Source of the DNA: Geosiphon pyriformis uo1
Taxonomy: Eukaryota > Fungi > Glomeromycota
Length of the DNA stretch: 64,000 nucleotides
Assembly (NCBI GenBank): GCA_016748015.1
Contig: JAAOMT010000128.1
Coordinates: forward strand, 2,549,538-2,613,537
Reading direction: 5' to 3'
This document shows positions 36,858-49,716 of this stretch, piece by piece. The notes under the pieces are model-generated. The model was not told where the DNA came from. It did no database searches and was given only the letters and a program-made list of their open reading frames with translations. Both the position numbers and the translations under genes were made by a program. How positions within the stretch are numbered: position 1 is the stretch's first letter; the number at the start of each line of letters is the position of its first letter.

Positions 36858-37441
36858 ATGCTGTTATGGTTTAAGAATTTAGCAAAAAGAATCATAAAAA
36901 TAATACAAACTATTCAATCATAATATAGCACAGTAATAATCTTAGAAAGGTAATGATTAACATAGTAGCAAACACCATCTCACGATAGTGGCAAGCACCA
37001 GTTCACAATAGCAGCCAACACCAACTGGTGATAGCAGCAAACACCAGATTGAAATATCAAAAAGAAAGTATTTTTTCGTAGAACTACAAACATGTATATA
37101 TACAGTAGTTTTAATATTGGGAAATAATCAATCAAGTAATAAAAATCATAACTTATCAAGCAACAGATCTAATTTTATCCAACAAACTCCACTTTAAATC
37201 ATACTTTCAAATTAAATATTCCAAGAAACCTTTAAAAATCAAAAAGAAATGAAAAAAAATATTTAAAACGGAACTATCACAACCCAAAGTANNNNNNNNN
37301 NNNNNNNNNNNAAGCGGGATATCAGCAATTAAATATAACAAGAAAACCATCCCGTAACATTTGGTGAACCCTACGAGAAAAGAAAATCAAAAAGGAAATA
37401 ATAATTAGCAATAATTTATTGCTAAAAAGGAAAAGACAAAA

Positions 37442-40400
37442 GTGGCGACAAAAACCCCTAATCTTACTGTTCTTGAATTCTGCCACACTATTTACACACA
37501 AAATCAAAGTGATCTTAGATTACCAGAAGGGTGTTGTCCAGCAGAATCTGCCCTCACTTATTATATCAATGCCAGAATAAATTATCATATAGGAAAGAAA
37601 GAAGAACCACACGATGCAAAACTTGGATTGTATAGAGAATTATCACAATACACTACAAAAGAAGTAGTAGTAATAGCCGCAACTATTGTCAAAATCCATT
37701 GAGAAATTGAGCAATACGCCAACGAAAATTTTCTAATATCCACAGAAAACACTAGGGAACGCGTCAACAAAACCAAAGAAAATTTAGAAACTAATCAGGA
37801 AAGTAACCAGCAAAAACTAAGAACACCAGCTCAAATGCCAAAGAAAACTGTCACTCAATCAATAAAGAAACAACGTATTTATTCACCAGAAGATAAATCA
37901 TACCATTTTTCACCAGAAAATAAGATACAAATTCCATTAGGAGCTGCATCATCATCAACATCAACTCTACAAATGCCAAGAACTCCTAGTTATATTGATA
38001 AAATTAAACAACGTAACTGGGGAGACATACCAATTACAGGAGGATATTCATTACTATTCCAAAACCCTCTTTTTCAGCCAAAATTTAGAACGGGGTTTGA
38101 AAACCGTGAAGAGGAGTCTGAATCGGAATCTGAAAAAGAGACCAGCGAAAAAACAATCACAAGACCAGTCACTGGAACAAGCAGCCAGTCCAGAAACCAA
38201 GAAACTCGTGATCAAGAGAAAGAACCGGATATAAGGGAAGCCACCTTTAGGAACGCTCAAGGAAATATCATCCCACCTTCTCTTAGACCAATAAACCCAC
38301 CAGCAGAAAATGGCAACGAAATGACCACACCATACATTACAAGACTAACAGATTTCTCAGAAGAGGAAGAAGAAACGGACGTGCACACATGGCTCAGAGA
38401 AGCACAAAAAGCCATCCAGGCAAATAACTGGAACGACCAAAGAGCAATTCAAACATTACCTTTCTTCCTGAAAGGCACAGCCAACTCGTGGTATCAAAGC
38501 CTGAAAACAAAACCCACGAGCTTCGCCAAATTTAAAAATGCACTCCTAGAGTATTTTAGTCACCCAAATGCCGTAATCCAACTACAGAATGAATTCAATA
38601 CTATCAAGCAAAATACCAGTGAAACTGTCACCTAATACCTTGCTTGATTCAATCGAATTTGCCATCAGATTGAAGCGATTGAACAAGGATACTACACTGA
38701 TTCTCAGGTTTTAAATCAGTTTATTAGAGGATTAAAAAGCAGCATTTTAGGAAGAGTATGTCCTGCCCACCCTAATTCCTTACCAGAAGCCGTTACGCTC
38801 GCCAGAGCCCTTGAATCAGCTGAGAAAGAAGCTAACCATAGTCAAATGGTTAACATGGTAATGGAGGAAAATAAGACAGAAACATTAGAGAAAAGAGTAA
38901 TGTGATTAGGGGAGGAACTCTCTAAGAAAATAGAAAGTTACCTCATCCCGGATCTGAGAAAAAATACATACCAACCACCCCAAAGACGCAGCCAGGAAGT
39001 CAGCGACAGTCGAAATAATTGCTCATCATGCCAGGAATTCAGAACAAAAACACGTGCCTGCCATTTTTGCAAATGCATAGGACATTTGATTAGTCAATGT
39101 CGAACGCGAATGATGTAGGAAGCACGCGAAAATAATTACTACGCGCCACCCCAAATGCCCAGAAACTAGTACACGCCAATACCATGCCAATATCCCACCA
39201 CATATCAAAATCAAGGAGCTTACCAGCAACAGCCCATGATAGCCAACCCGAATTGGTGTCCCGAGGCCCGAAATCAGCCCATGTGGAACCAGAACGCGTT
39301 GGTCCAGAGGAATCCAAACTGCGCCGGAACCAATTAGCAAACCAATCCAAACTACCAAAATTATCAACAAACTTACCTTAATATACTGGAAAACCTGATC
39401 ATCGGAAACAATGATGGTAGAAACATAAACAGAACCAAGAATTCCTCCAAATTGAGCCAGACAATACCACCAGCAGTTGCCACTGAAGATAGCAGCCTCG
39501 CAGCTATTTTTCTTTTTGAATTAGAGGAAAACGAGACTATGTTCAGTGGAGCAGCATTGGACGAAAAACGCCCAATCACTGCTATGTATATGGAAGCCAC
39601 TGTAAACAATACCCCAATCAAACTTATCTTAGACAGCGGATCCACTGGAAGCATTGTAACGCTTCAACTAGTAAACCAACTGGGTTTCAAAGTTGATCGT
39701 GCCACGACGTCCCAAATTATAACAGCCGATGGAAGTACAAAGCTGCCTCATGGCGAAATCGACTCATTCCCTTTCGAAATTAACGGCATAGTAATATCTA
39801 CAAAAGTATTAGTAATGGATGCTACACAATATCAAGCATTAGTAGGGAATGACTGGCTAACAAAAGCCAACACCACCCTAGACTGGACCACCCAAGAGCT
39901 TCTGATCAATTATAATGGCCACCAGGCCAAAATTCCAGCCACCTGTGGCCACTTCCAAAAACCCAGTGCCAACCAAAGACCTACCTTCGAATTTGAAGAA
40001 AATCCAGCACTACCAGCCATCAAAACCTATCAGCTCTCTTGGGCTGATGACCAAAGAACAGGACTACCAGCCGTACCAATGTGGACCAGTGAAAAAAGAT
40101 CTGAATGGAACCAGGTAAGTTCATGAAGAAACCACCAGCGATGCAGACCAAAGCTAGAATGCTCGGTTTGCAAGAAGAAACTCTCGTCTATGACTGCGTA
40201 CAGCACACCAGACGAAGACCCAAGAAACCCCACCCACTACTATTGTAACTATTGTAACAAAGAAAAATACAGTTACCCAGAAAGACACGGAAAATGGGAC
40301 GAGGAATCGTGCCTCACTTGTGGAGAACCGTTACCAAGAGGGTGCGACTGGAACAACTTACCAGGCAGAGGAAGAACGTGTGACGCAACTTGCCAATACA

Positions 40401-40822
40401 CGATCCTCATCTGTGATTGGGTAAGAGGAGGAACGCCGTTCAAAGCAGCGTTCAACAGAGTGTTAAAAAGACTACAGCACTACCCACACGATGAGGACAA
40501 GTTGTACAACACCACACAAGCCAAAGTAAGAAGAGGAACTGCCGAAGAAATATGACGTTGGAAAGAGTCAGCCGAAATAGCTGACAAAGTCGCCAGCTAC
40601 AACATGTTTGACCCAGTGGACGAATTCCAGGACTACTACCAACAACTATGCCCCACTCGACAAGAGCAAGAACAATACCTCACACAAATCAACACTTACC
40701 TTTGCAAAAACTGTCTCATCCCATGCCAAAATCAGTGCTGTGAAGAGTGTCAAGATAAAAGGGACTTAAAAAGAAAAATGGAAATTGAGAATCAGCAGTC
40801 TCAAAATCAATCAATAAATTAA
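37442..40822 (+). pseudogene. gag, protease and Cys-rich domain of element D
   Basis: VHTWLREAQKAIQANNW, CHFCKCIGHLISQC, LILDSGSTGSIV, several CxxC pairs. Scattered stops. Confidence 0.9.
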
Positions 40823-40882
40823 CAAAACTCACCTGACGGTCCCAAGTCAGAAAAATTTATAGCCTATACCGACCTAGAACAG

Positions 40883-41322
40883 GTGACTGACATCCAATAC
40901 TTCGACAATGGGCACTTAGGAATAATACCCGAAAGAGCCCATCCAACCGACACCGGATTTGATCTACGTTATCTGGAAGACCAATCCACAACGTTACCAC
41001 CCAGGAGCATCACCAAAATCGACCTAAAAATAGTGGTTGAAATTCCACCAGGAATAATGGTTCAAATAATGTCGCAATTAAGCCTCGCGAAAAAAGGAAT
41101 AAGCGTTCAAGGAGGAGTAATTAACTCCGGATACACTGGAAATTTGATGGTTTTGCTACAGAACAATTCAGAAAAGCCTTATACCATTGAATCCAAGGAA
41201 AAGATTGCACAAGCAATTTTCCTACCATTGGTAAAAATTGGGAAATTTGTGCCAGTGGAAAATCGTGAGGAATTGTCACAAACAACGAGAGGAACTTTTG
41301 GTTTTGGATCGACAGGAAAAGG
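40883..41322 (+). CDS. dut: dUTPase domain of element D
   Basis: DTGFDL, GVINSGYTG, KIAQAI, RGTFGFGSTG. Confidence 0.9.
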
Positions 41323-41749
41323 AATTGAAGCGAATTTCGCTGAAACAATAGAGGAAAAAGGCGAAGTAATTAAAAATGAGTGGTCCATCACACTCCTACC
41401 ATATGAAAAATCAGAAATAAGAATAAAAAAGACAATTAAAGAAAAAGACCTAATATTTGAGCTTTACCCAAAAACTTGCCAACAGTTTCTCATAGGACTT
41501 ACTAACCTTTTTATTTCAGCTGATAAAGCTCAATGGATAAAAATTCCTATCACAAACACCACAGAAGAACCCATCTATATTCCAGAAGATACCATCATTG
41601 GATATCTTGGAACAGAGCTAGAAAACGCGTCAACACCACAAGAAATTCTAAATTTTCCAGAAATCGCTCTCTACTGTGAACTCACTTCAATAAATTGGCA
41701 ACAACCGGTAGAATGCTATCAATTTACGCCAGAAGAATTGGCCAAATTA

Positions 41750-42099
41750 AACATTGGAACAATGGATCCTAACCAACAGCGACAATTAAAAACATTAATT
41801 TTAAAATACTCTGATATATTTTCAAGAAATGGCGAATTTGGAAGAACCAACTTGGTTCAACACCAAATCTCCACTGGAGACGCCAGACCTGAAAAACAAC
41901 GTGCTTACTGTGTCCCACCAATGGAGCATAATTTTATCAGAGAAGAAGTCCAAAGCATGTTAGAAAAAGGAATAATACAACCATCAATGAGCCCATGGTC
42001 CTCACCAGTTGTTTTAGTAAGAAAAAAGAACGGAAAAATTAGATTTTGCGTCGACTATCACAAACTAAACAGCAAAACAACCAAAGACTCATACCCAAT
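41750..42099 (+). CDS. RT N-terminus of element D (continues in the misplaced piece 43479-44212)
   Basis: PWSSPVVLVRKKNGKIRFCVDYHKLN. Confidence 0.9.
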
Positions 42100-42177
42100 N
42101 NNNNNNNNNNNNNNNNNNNNNNNNNNNNNNNNNNNNNNNNNNNNNNNNNNNNNNNNNNNNNNNNNNNNNNNNNNNNN

Positions 42178-42222
<45 letters not shown>

Positions 42223-42245
42223 CCAACCCACCTGCCACAACAACA

Positions 42246-43458
42246 ATGAACAACCACTTTTACAAAAACCTCAGCCAATACTTGGAAACACTACAAATAG
42301 ACAAAAAAATGCCAGTAAAAGAGCTAATTAAGCTCCAAAAATTAGCAAAACACTATTTCATCCAAAATCACATACTTTATTACCAGAATCGACAAAATCC
42401 AGATAATTTATTAAGAGTTATAACCACGGATAAAAAAGAAACTATCTTATTTAACATGCACTCAGATATTTATTCAGACCACTTTGGAAAAACAGCAACC
42501 ATCCAATGTGCAACTAGCCGTTACTATTGGCCAAAAATAAGTTCAGACATAATCCAATACATAAGAAATTGTGACCCATGCCAACGAAGAGGAGGAGCAA
42601 AAACAACGGAATTATTAAGACCAATAAAAGTTGGACAGCCATTTGACAGAATCGGAATTGATTTAGTTGGACCCTTACCAATAACAACAAGAAACAACCA
42701 TTATATTGCAGTAGCCATGGACTATCTCACCAAATGGCCAGAAGCTAGAGCTATTAAAACAGCTGATGCTATTTCCGTAGCTCAATTCGTACATGAAGAC
42801 TTAATTTGCCGACATGGATGTCCACAAGAATTGCTATCAGATCAAGGCACACACTTCATAAACAGCACCTTAAAAAAACTTAGCCAAAAATTTGGAATCA
42901 AGTGACCACTGTCATCACCATACCACCCTCAAACAAATGGATTAGTTGAAAGATTTAATCGCACATTATGCAAATCACTGGCGAAAATTAATAACGAACA
43001 TGAAAAAGAATGGGATTTGTTTATACTAGCAGTACTACTAGCATATAGAACAGTAAAACAAGATACTACACAATTCACACTGTTTGAACTAGTTTATGGA
43101 AGAAAAGCCACATTATCTGTTGAACTTACTATCTCAACTTATCCAAGTGACACTATCACAGAAGCAACATTCCAGGAAACACTACTTAAAAGAACATATG
43201 AATTAATGAGAACTTTAGAAAACAAAAGAAGAAAAGCAGCACAAAATATTGAACAATCACAAGAACAACAAAAAGTGAGACATGATAACCAGTTACCAGA
43301 TAATATAATTAGCTACAAAATTGGAGATAAAGTATTGTTGCATTGTACAAAAATGGAAAAACAGTGGAGTGGAAAATTTGATCACAAGTGGGATGGACCA
43401 TTTTATATTCACAAAATACTTGGAAATGGAGCATACAAGCTAAGACTAGATGATAAAA
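42246..43458 (+). pseudogene. Integrase of element D (separate ORF; at least one internal stop; truncated by a gap)
   Basis: MNNHFYKNLSQYL, DHFG..YYWP..CDPCQ, DYLTKWPEA, SDQGTHF, KWDGPFYI. Confidence 0.92.
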
Positions 43459-43478
43459 NNNNNNNNNNNNNNNNNNNN

Positions 43479-44212
43479 GATTGAGACACGCTGGACTTAA
43501 ACTAAATCTAGAAAAATGTTTCTTTGGGAAAAATGAGCTAGCATTTTTAGGACATGTAGTTGGAAAAGATGGAATAAAACCAGATCCATCAAAAATAGAC
43601 AAAGTGAAAAATTTTCCAGTACCTCGAAACATTTCAGAAGTTAGAAGCTTTTTAGGACTCGCATCTTACTACCGCCACTTTGTAGAAAACTTTTCAAACA
43701 TCGCCAAACCCCTTAATTACCTACTATCTAAAAATGTGAAGTTTGAATGGACTGAAACACAACAAAAAGCTTTTGAGTATCTTAGACAAAAGCTCATTGA
43801 ATCACCAATAATGATCTATCCAAATTTCAACAAGAAATTCATTTTGGCCACAGATGCCTCTGGAACTGGACTTGGAGCCATTCTGTCACAAAAAGATGAT
43901 AATGGAAGAGAACGTGTAATCGCTTATGCCAGCAGAAGTCTCAGTACGGCAGAACAAAATTACGCAGCACATGAACTTGAATGCTTAGCAGTAGTCTGGA
44001 GTTGTGTTCACTTTGACACATATTTACGGTACCAACCCTTTGAGATTACAACAAATCATAGAGGTCTGGTCTGGTTAAATAACAAGAAAGTGCTAAAAGG
44101 AAAATATGCCAGATGGTCACAAACGTTAGTACCATACGATTATATTATCAAATACAAAGAAGGTACCAAAAATGCTAATGCTGACTGTTTGTCAAGAATG
44201 AGACACACATAA
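43479..44212 (+). CDS. RT C-terminus and RNase H of element D (assembly-misordered)
   Basis: KCFFGKNELAFLGH, ATDASGTGLGAIL, ELECLAVVW. Ends NADCLSRMRHT* followed by poly(A). Confidence 0.92.
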
Positions 44213-46037
44213 AAAAAAAAAAAAAAAAAAAAAAANNNNNNNNNNNNNNNNNNNNNNNNNNNNNNNNNNNNNNNNNNNNNNNNNNNNNNNNNNNNNNNNN
44301 NNNNNNNNNNNNNNNNNNNNNNNNNNNNNNNNNNNNNNNNNNNNNNNNNNNNNNNNNNNNNNNNNNNNNNNNNNNNNNNNNNNNNNNNNNNNNNNNNNNN
44401 NNNNNNNNNNNNNNNNNNNNNNNNNNNNNNNNNNNNNNNNNNNNNNNNNNNNNNNNNNNNNNNNNNNNNNNNNNNNNNNNNNNNNNNNNNNNNNNNNNNN
44501 NNNNNNNNNNNNNNNNNNNNNNNNNNNNNNNNNNNNNNNNNNNNNNNNNNNNNNNNNNNNNNNNNNNNNNNNNNNNNNNNNNNNNNNNNNNNNNNNNNNN
44601 NNNNNNNNNNNNNNNNNNNNNNNNNNNNNNNNNNNNNNNNNNNNNNNNNNNNNNNNNNNNNNNNNNNNNNNNNNNNNNNNNNNNNNNNNNNNNNNNNNNN
44701 NNNNNNNNNNNNNNNNNNNNNNNATACTTTCAAATTAAATATCCCAAGAAACCTTTAAAAATCAAAAAGAAATGAAAAAAAATATTTAAAACGGAACTAT
44801 CACAACCCAAAGTATTAAGAAACTTACTTGTATTATTTATTGAATGAAACTATCATTCATCAACTGAATCCCTTGGAAGAATAATCCTTGATCAAGATTA
44901 TTCACATTGTTACTAATTAATAAAAGCTTTATTGTGAGAATTAGAAAAGCGCTAAAAACCATTAACATTCTGTGTTTCTAGATTAGAGAAACACATCAGG
45001 CAATTGCAAAGATAGCCTCAGAGAAAACCCCAAACAGTGGGTAGATTTCAGTTCAGCCTCTGAGAAGGAGTACATAAACACACACAACAATCAAGAATTA
45101 AAGAATAACTTACATTGCAACAGTAAAAAGAAAGCCTTCAGTGTAACAATGACATTATCACACAAATAGAATTAAGGAACTCACGGAAGACTGATTGCAA
45201 TTAAAGCGGGATATCAGCAATTAAATATAACAAGAAAACCATCCCGTAACAATGCTGTTATTTTGTCTTCTTCATTTTCACTGTTTATTGACTCTTCTTT
45301 GGTTGTTTCAGAGTTGTTTTCTTCATTCACTACCGTCTTAGAGTGTTCACTTTGATTTTCAGCTAGAAAATCAAGAAAATTGGAATTAGTTTGAAGGGGT
45401 TTTTGTTGTCTGATGGGACTTCTAAGAGATGTAAAATCTTCTGGTCTCACAAATCGATTCAAAGGTGAATTAGGTGTTTGTGCTTATGCAAGTAAAGCTG
45501 AAAAAGATGTGATGGTGAGTGAAAATTTTGAACTGGTTCCTTGTTCAGGTGTTTGTAAGTGTTTGGCAGTTGTTTTTGGTAGTATTGGAGTATTTGGGGT
45601 GGTTTTTGAGTTATGCTTCAATTTGTGTTTGCCTTTGTTGCTGGTTTCTGTCTCTGATTCAAAATCAATAGAGTATTGAGACTGCACTGGATATGTTTCT
45701 TCACAGTACTTGATAATGTTAAAGTTAAGTTCTTGAAAGTAAGTGGCAAGTGTTTCACTGTTAAGGTCTTCAGTTCCCAACTGTGAATAGTGTGCTAAAT
45801 TATTGTAAAGGTTGCTTCTAATTTCTGAGATATTGTAATTTCCAAAAAGATAATTGTTGATGCAGTTTTCAATGTATTGGTATACTGATTTCTTGACAAC
45901 TTCAATTCCGTCTGGAATGTTAAATCTTTGCTTGCAGTAGGTGTAAATTGATTGGTAGTATTCTAGAGTTGTTGCATCTGGTGTGGTCACCACTTTGAAG
46001 TTGTTTTACTGTGTTGTTTCCATGGGAAAGCACCAAA

Positions 46038-47022
46038 TGTTATCGGAGGTTTTTGGTCTCTTTTCTTTAATGTTGTTGATGCCTGTTTGCTGTGAATTCA
46101 CGTTTTTTGGATGTGGTTGAACCTCCAATAACTGAATTTATCTTCAAATTATTTCCTATAATTTGAACTGCTGGGCTTATAAGTGGAATAGCCAATTTTG
46201 TGCCAGTTACTTTGTATAGTTACGTTGTAGTAAATGTCAACTTTTTCCCAGGAATTGCTCGTCTGGAAGCTCACTAAAATGTGTAGTTACTTTGCTGTGA
46301 AAGTCAATTCTTCTACAAGAATCTCGTCTGTAGGCTACCCTAATGATTGTAATAAGAAAATAAAAAAAAAATAAAAAAAAAGTAAAAAAAAAGTAAAACT
46401 GATGATTTCTGGAAGTTGTTTCGGATCCAGGCCTGGAGTCACTAACAGTTTACTGAAATTGGTAGCTAATCAATTTCAAAACATTAGTTGGGTTTTTGGA
46501 AATTTTCCAAGTACAATATTTAAAGAAATTGGTTTTTCGAATTATTTGATATTTTTTTGTTTTTGTATATAAAGAATGATTCTAATTATTAAATCTGAAG
46601 TAAGATATATTTTCTCAAAGAAAGAAGCTCTTCTTTTATACAACTTGTCGTAACACTATTCTATGAACTTGAACTTTGCTATTTTCTATAATTTTGCTGA
46701 ACTAAAGATACATTTTGGCAAACTACAAGTTATTTCTGTGAACTATTAGATATTTTGGCAAACCATCAATTATTTCAGCAAATTTTTTACAAATTTTGAC
46801 AAACTTTTTGAATGTTATATAGTTCGGTGTATTACATGATTGATCATCACAATTAGGTTACATTTGTGTTATGTACAAATTGGGTTATTAATTAAATGAT
46901 AATTTCGGATATTTTGCTAATGTAATAAATGATAATTTGAAACAATAATATATGCTAATTAATAATAAGATTTATAAGGGTAATTTTATGCTAAACAATA
47001 TCTCTAATTTTGTCTGGTAACA
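46038..47022 (-). repeat. 5' LTR of element C
   Basis: Direct repeat of 28722-29707; adjacent PBS. Confidence 0.95.
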
Positions 47023-48318
47023 ATGCCAAATTAAAAAGATCTAAACCCAATTTATATCTTTTATCATGTTTGCATCAATAATATTAAACTTAGATCCAAC
47101 CTTCTAATACACATAATAAACAGCCCTAAAAATTTTTTAAACAAAATATCAAACATTTCCAAATATTGTTATTCTATCAGTTCTAATATACTTATTATTA
47201 ATCAAAACAAGAAGAACCAAATTTGAACAAGAAGCCAAATTAGCTAACTTATTAGTATGCTTATTATTTAACACATCTGAATGTTTTTTAATCTTATTCC
47301 AAAAAACACTAAGCTCTTTACTTCTAATAAAGTTTATAATACAATGTCTTTTTAACCAACAACTATTGTAAAAATCCAGTAAGATTATGTTTGATTTTGC
47401 AGTATAAGCATTCAAGACAGCCTAACTATTTAAATATATTACTACAGTACTGCAAACTAGAACATACTTCAAAGCCAGAGCAATTGCCTACAATTTTGCC
47501 ATTATAAAAAACACCAAACTACCAACTTTATTTTCAATACTTATATCCAGATTAGAAAAAAAAGCAGCTGTATTACACTTTATATTACTTGTTTTTATAT
47601 TCCTCAAAAATCTATTTGTGTAAACATTAACAACATCTAGAAATACAAATTTTCACTTCAAAAAAGCCACTAGTGCCTAAAATATTTAAAGATTAAGAAC
47701 CAATATTAAGAAATTGAACACTAAAACAGAAGATATGACTGACCAGGAAACCATATACCAATTTAAACCAGACAGAAATTAGGTCTTTAAGATCAAATCT
47801 CTTTTAATAATAAAAATATTTTTAATCAAAAACCAACTCTTTCTTATCATATAATTGTTCAACAAAAACAATATCATACTTTTTAAATAAACAGAAAACA
47901 TCCAAAAACATCAAATCTTCCAAAACAGAACATATTAAAATATTATCAAAATAACAGAATGCAGATAATAAAACATTGTTCAAAAAAAACTTATAATCTA
48001 AAAAAATCTTAATCACACCAGCCAAAAAGTTGTTAACTGGACTGATTTTTAACCTTGTTGGATAATACAAAAGATGAACAAAAGACCAACTTAGAATCTG
48101 CAAATCCAAAGATCTATAATCAAACAAATAACCAAGAATATTACCAGTATTTACAAAACTTAACACTAAAGTTATCTTATTTTTAGTCTGTACTTGCTCA
48201 AATAATTTTAAATTATATAACAATAGATGATAAAGAGTCTTATTAGAAAAGTTTTTTGTCAACCCAGTCTTTATTCTTAAGCCTTTTCTAATCAATATAT
48301 TCTATTTATTATATATAT

Positions 48319-49716
48319 TGTTACCAGAAGATTTTCACACTTTTTAATGCAAAAATTACAACACATACAATAGAAATTAACATCAAAATCATGCAAAAAA
48401 AACCTACATTATCACACTTAATCAACAAAATCAGCCGGCAATCTGAAAATAAATGATCAGCAATCAATCCAATTACAACAAAGAAATATGGCACAATTTA
48501 ACAATTTAACTAATTTGGATACAAAAAAATCTTGGCAAACTAAGAAACACCAATGGAAATGAATAATTAATACATGTAATCAGATAACAACAGGCTTTGT
48601 TATACTCCAAAATTCTTATACATCCTTATTGAAACAATCTAACATTCCAGATCTGCAATCAATAGTTAAAAGTAGTTACTAAGAAATATAATCAATTGAT
48701 CTACTTCTAATTACATTGATCATAATCACAATTATCATTGATTTACAATTAATGTTTTAGATCCCGTCATCTAAATCTGATCATCTAAAAATCACTAGCT
48801 CTAAGAAAATAACATGCCGAGTAAAGCTTATCATGAATTGATTAAATTAAAATGTATAAATAATTGATGTATCTTAAATAGTCTTAATATAGTATATAGA
48901 TCTGATGTAATTTAGCTATATATACAGTCTTTCTGTCAGCTCAGAAAAGCATCAGTTTAATACTAAGCTAACTCTTTGCTATAGTTTTATAGTGAACAGT
49001 TAGTTCTTCCTTTATTTTTATACTCTCTTTCTCTTTTTTTATGCTCTAAATACTTGTTATTACAATTTCAAATATGTCTTCTCATATTTCTTATCACCAT
49101 TTAGAATCACATTATTTATAACTTTTTACTTATTTGTTAATAAAATCATCAAGCTTTCTATTACTTCTGATCTTTTAAATCATATATTATCACCATTTCA
49201 CATTAAGTCTTGTTTTACCAAACAAGTTGTTAAAATATTAAAATAAGTAATAAAATATCATGTTGTTAGAGAGTAGTCTCAACAATAAAAAGTTTAAATC
49301 TATTTCAGTTATGTTTTACTATTACAATCTTTATAATTCCTATAACTTTGTTTTCAAAGCAGATATTTGAATATCACACCCTTTCGACAACTAATTGAAA
49401 GAATTCTGATTATGATTTTTTTAAGTAGTTTTGGTTTTTTCTTGTTGTTGGTTGCATTTCTAATACATATAAAGAGATGTGACTTCTCTTTTCTCTTTCA
49501 AATACCTAAGATTGGTTCTTGTCCAAAAACAAATAATAATAACAATATTTTCTTTTTCTTTTAATAACTTTATTATGTACTCTTTTTTGCTCTCCCACTT
49601 ATTGAAATAGTCCATACACTTATGATATGCTATAGTTAATAGCATAATCATGATAATGTGTGTTATCAGTTAAGCTAAAAAATGTTTCCAAATACTGACA
49701 AAAACCACTGGTAACA
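48319..49716. mobile_element. Solo LTR (~1.4 kb) inserted in the LINE
   Basis: TGTTACCAG...CTGGTAACA 9-bp inverted ends. Flanks ATAT/ACAT. Removal restores the LINE frame YRTQFSFVSSNV|YNK*NILIRKGLR. Confidence 0.82.

Larger units (their letters stand above)
36862..45251 (+). mobile_element. Ty3/Gypsy element D (dUTPase-bearing) nested in gag of element C
   Basis: LTRs 36862-37359 (gap inside) and <=44724-45251. TSD ATGC at 36858-36861 and 45252-45255. PBS TGGTGAACCCTACGAG after 37359. Confidence 0.95.
28722..47022 (-). mobile_element. Ty3/Gypsy element C (gag-PR-Cys-dUTPase-RT-RH / IN / ORF3), interrupted by element D
   Basis: LTRs 28722-29707 and 46038-47022. TSD ATGC at 28718-28721 and 47023-47026. 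PBS TGGTGCTTTCCCATGG (46020-46035) and PPT (29708-29722). Confidence 0.96.

Noticed and set aside
41330-41620. Beta-rich segment after the dUTPase (also 33400-33800) as a second dUTPase
   Set aside because: No dUTPase motifs; resembles the generic linker preceding RT in many Gypsy elements.
42100-44235. Integrase lying before RT C-terminus/RNase H (Copia-like order) in element D
   Set aside because: The pieces are gap-bounded. The poly(A) after RNase H matches the poly(A) before IN, so 43479-44235 belongs in the 42100-42177 gap. Poly-K/F ORFs are artefacts, and the exact poly(A) length is unreliable.
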